From NCBI GenBank assembly GCA_963789405.1, contig CAWBKL010000005.1, positions 98,088-162,087 of the forward strand: 64,000 nt of DNA, in the 5' to 3' direction. Each line of letters starts with the position of its first letter. The first letter of the stretch is position 1. This document shows positions 63,054 through 64,000 of this stretch, piece by piece. The stretch is from an uncultured Alphaproteobacteria bacterium (lineage in GTDB: Bacteria; Pseudomonadota; Alphaproteobacteria; CAWBKL01). Position numbers and translations under genes: made by a program. The notes under the pieces were generated by a model. It ran no database searches. It was not told the DNA's origin and worked only from the letters and a program-made list of their open reading frames with translations.

Positions 63054-64000
63054 CGAGGCCGTATTCCTTGGCGCTTTTCACGTCCTGATGAAATTGTAAT
63101 TTGTGCAGATATTCGAGCGGATCTTTGGGCCGAACCAGCGCACCAACCGGCTGCTCCAGCCAGTCATAGGCTCTAGTCAGCAAGAAACGCAGTGCTGCGC
63201 CGCGCGCCAAGACCGGTAAGGCCTCGATCTCGGCTGAGCTCAAGCCCCGCCGTTCCTGATAACCGGAAACCATCGCCCGCGCCTTCGTAACGTTGAATTC
63301 GCCTTTGCGTTCGAAGCACCAGGCGTTCATCGCGATCACGAGATCGAGCGTAAAGAGATCGTTGCACGCAAAATAGAAATCGATGATGCCGGAGAGCTTG
63401 TCATGCAGGAAGAACACATTGTCGGGGAAGAGATCGGCGTGGATCACGCCACTTGGCAGATCAGCCGGCCAATGTGCCTTCAAGTAGTCAAGCTCCGTGC
63501 CAATCGTGCCCGCGAAGTCCGGGCGAGATCTTGTCCGCGCGCGCGCCGATATCGTGCGCGAGCTTGTGCCAGCCGGCGGGACCCATGGCGTTCTCGCGGC
63601 GCAGTGCGTAATCCGAACCCAACTGGTGCAGATCGGCGAGCGCGCCGCCGACCGCGCGCGTCTGCTCTGCACTGCCGCGCGAGACCGACATGCCGTCAAG
63701 AAAAGTCACGATCGCCGCGGGCCGCCCCGCGAGCTTGCCAATTGCCGAGCCGCTCCGCAGCTTGACCGGAAGCGGGCAGGGCAGACCGCGCGCAGACAAA
63801 TGCTCAAGCAGGCCGAGAAAGAACGGCAGGTCGCCTTCAAAGACGCGCTTTTCGTAAAGCGTCAGGATGAAGCGGCCGCGCTCCGTCTCCAGCAGATAAT
63901 TGGAGTTTTCGACGCCCTCGGCGATGCCTTTGAACGAAAGCGGCGCACCGATGTCGTATTTCGCCAAGAACTTGACGAGCGCCTCTTCATCGACATGCGT
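63046..64000 (-). pseudogene. thrB: Homoserine kinase type II (APH-fold ThrB), 5' end beyond window, 1 frameshift near 63500-63700
   Basis: The N-terminal part is in the 63488..63967 frame (…KYDIGAPLSFKGIAEGVENSNYLLETERGRFILTLYE…). The C-terminal part is in the 63046..63699 frame (…[13 protein letters not shown]… APH catalytic region). The translation continues past position 64000. Confidence 0.6.

Overview
High-GC (roughly 62-65%) chromosomal segment with alphaproteobacterial (Rhizobiales/Caulobacter-like) synteny. No transposase, integrase, CRISPR array or recognisable defence system was found. From start to end the window holds: (1) a LysR-regulated pirin plus a Caulobacter-type xylXABC oxidative pentose operon with a sodium:solute symporter, followed by GH67 alpha-glucuronidase and GH3 beta-xylosidase genes (a glucuronoxylan-oligosaccharide locus); (2) two membrane proteins, a small wHTH regulator and a PhzF-family gene; (3) a cobalamin riboswitch driving a BtuB-like TonB receptor; (4) an LPS core operon msbA-DUF374-kdtA-lpxK-lpxL with ATGA coupling; (5) a long stretch of housekeeping genes (cysQ-like, pmbA, P-type ATPase, exoD, two SPFH genes, ubiD, ubiA, rsmE, gshA, tag, a CoA-transferase, a crotonase, tldD); (6) the aa3 cytochrome oxidase cluster ctaC-ctaD-ctaB-small ORF-ctaG-ctaE-DUF983-SURF1-thrC; (7) a large 7TM-PAS-GGDEF-EAL signalling protein with degenerate catalytic motifs, then yqgE, a Prx5 peroxiredoxin, rnhA and an APH-type homoserine kinase. 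Between about 20.7 kb and 54.3 kb (plus two downstream genes) there are at least 45 indel-type frameshifts confined to certain genes, ctaD alone having about seven, while interleaved genes of equal length are intact. The protein sequence inside each fragment is perfectly conserved, so these look like sequencing or assembly indel artefacts rather than decayed pseudogenes. Other points of interest: a degenerate tRNA-like element beside a 500-bp intergenic region with paired REP-like hairpins, a pair of tandem paralogous lipoprotein genes, and the apparent absence of xylonate dehydratase from the xyl locus. Gene symbols are best guesses from domain content and operon order, and product lengths quoted for Caulobacter homologues are from memory. 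Start codons are approximate to within a few codons.
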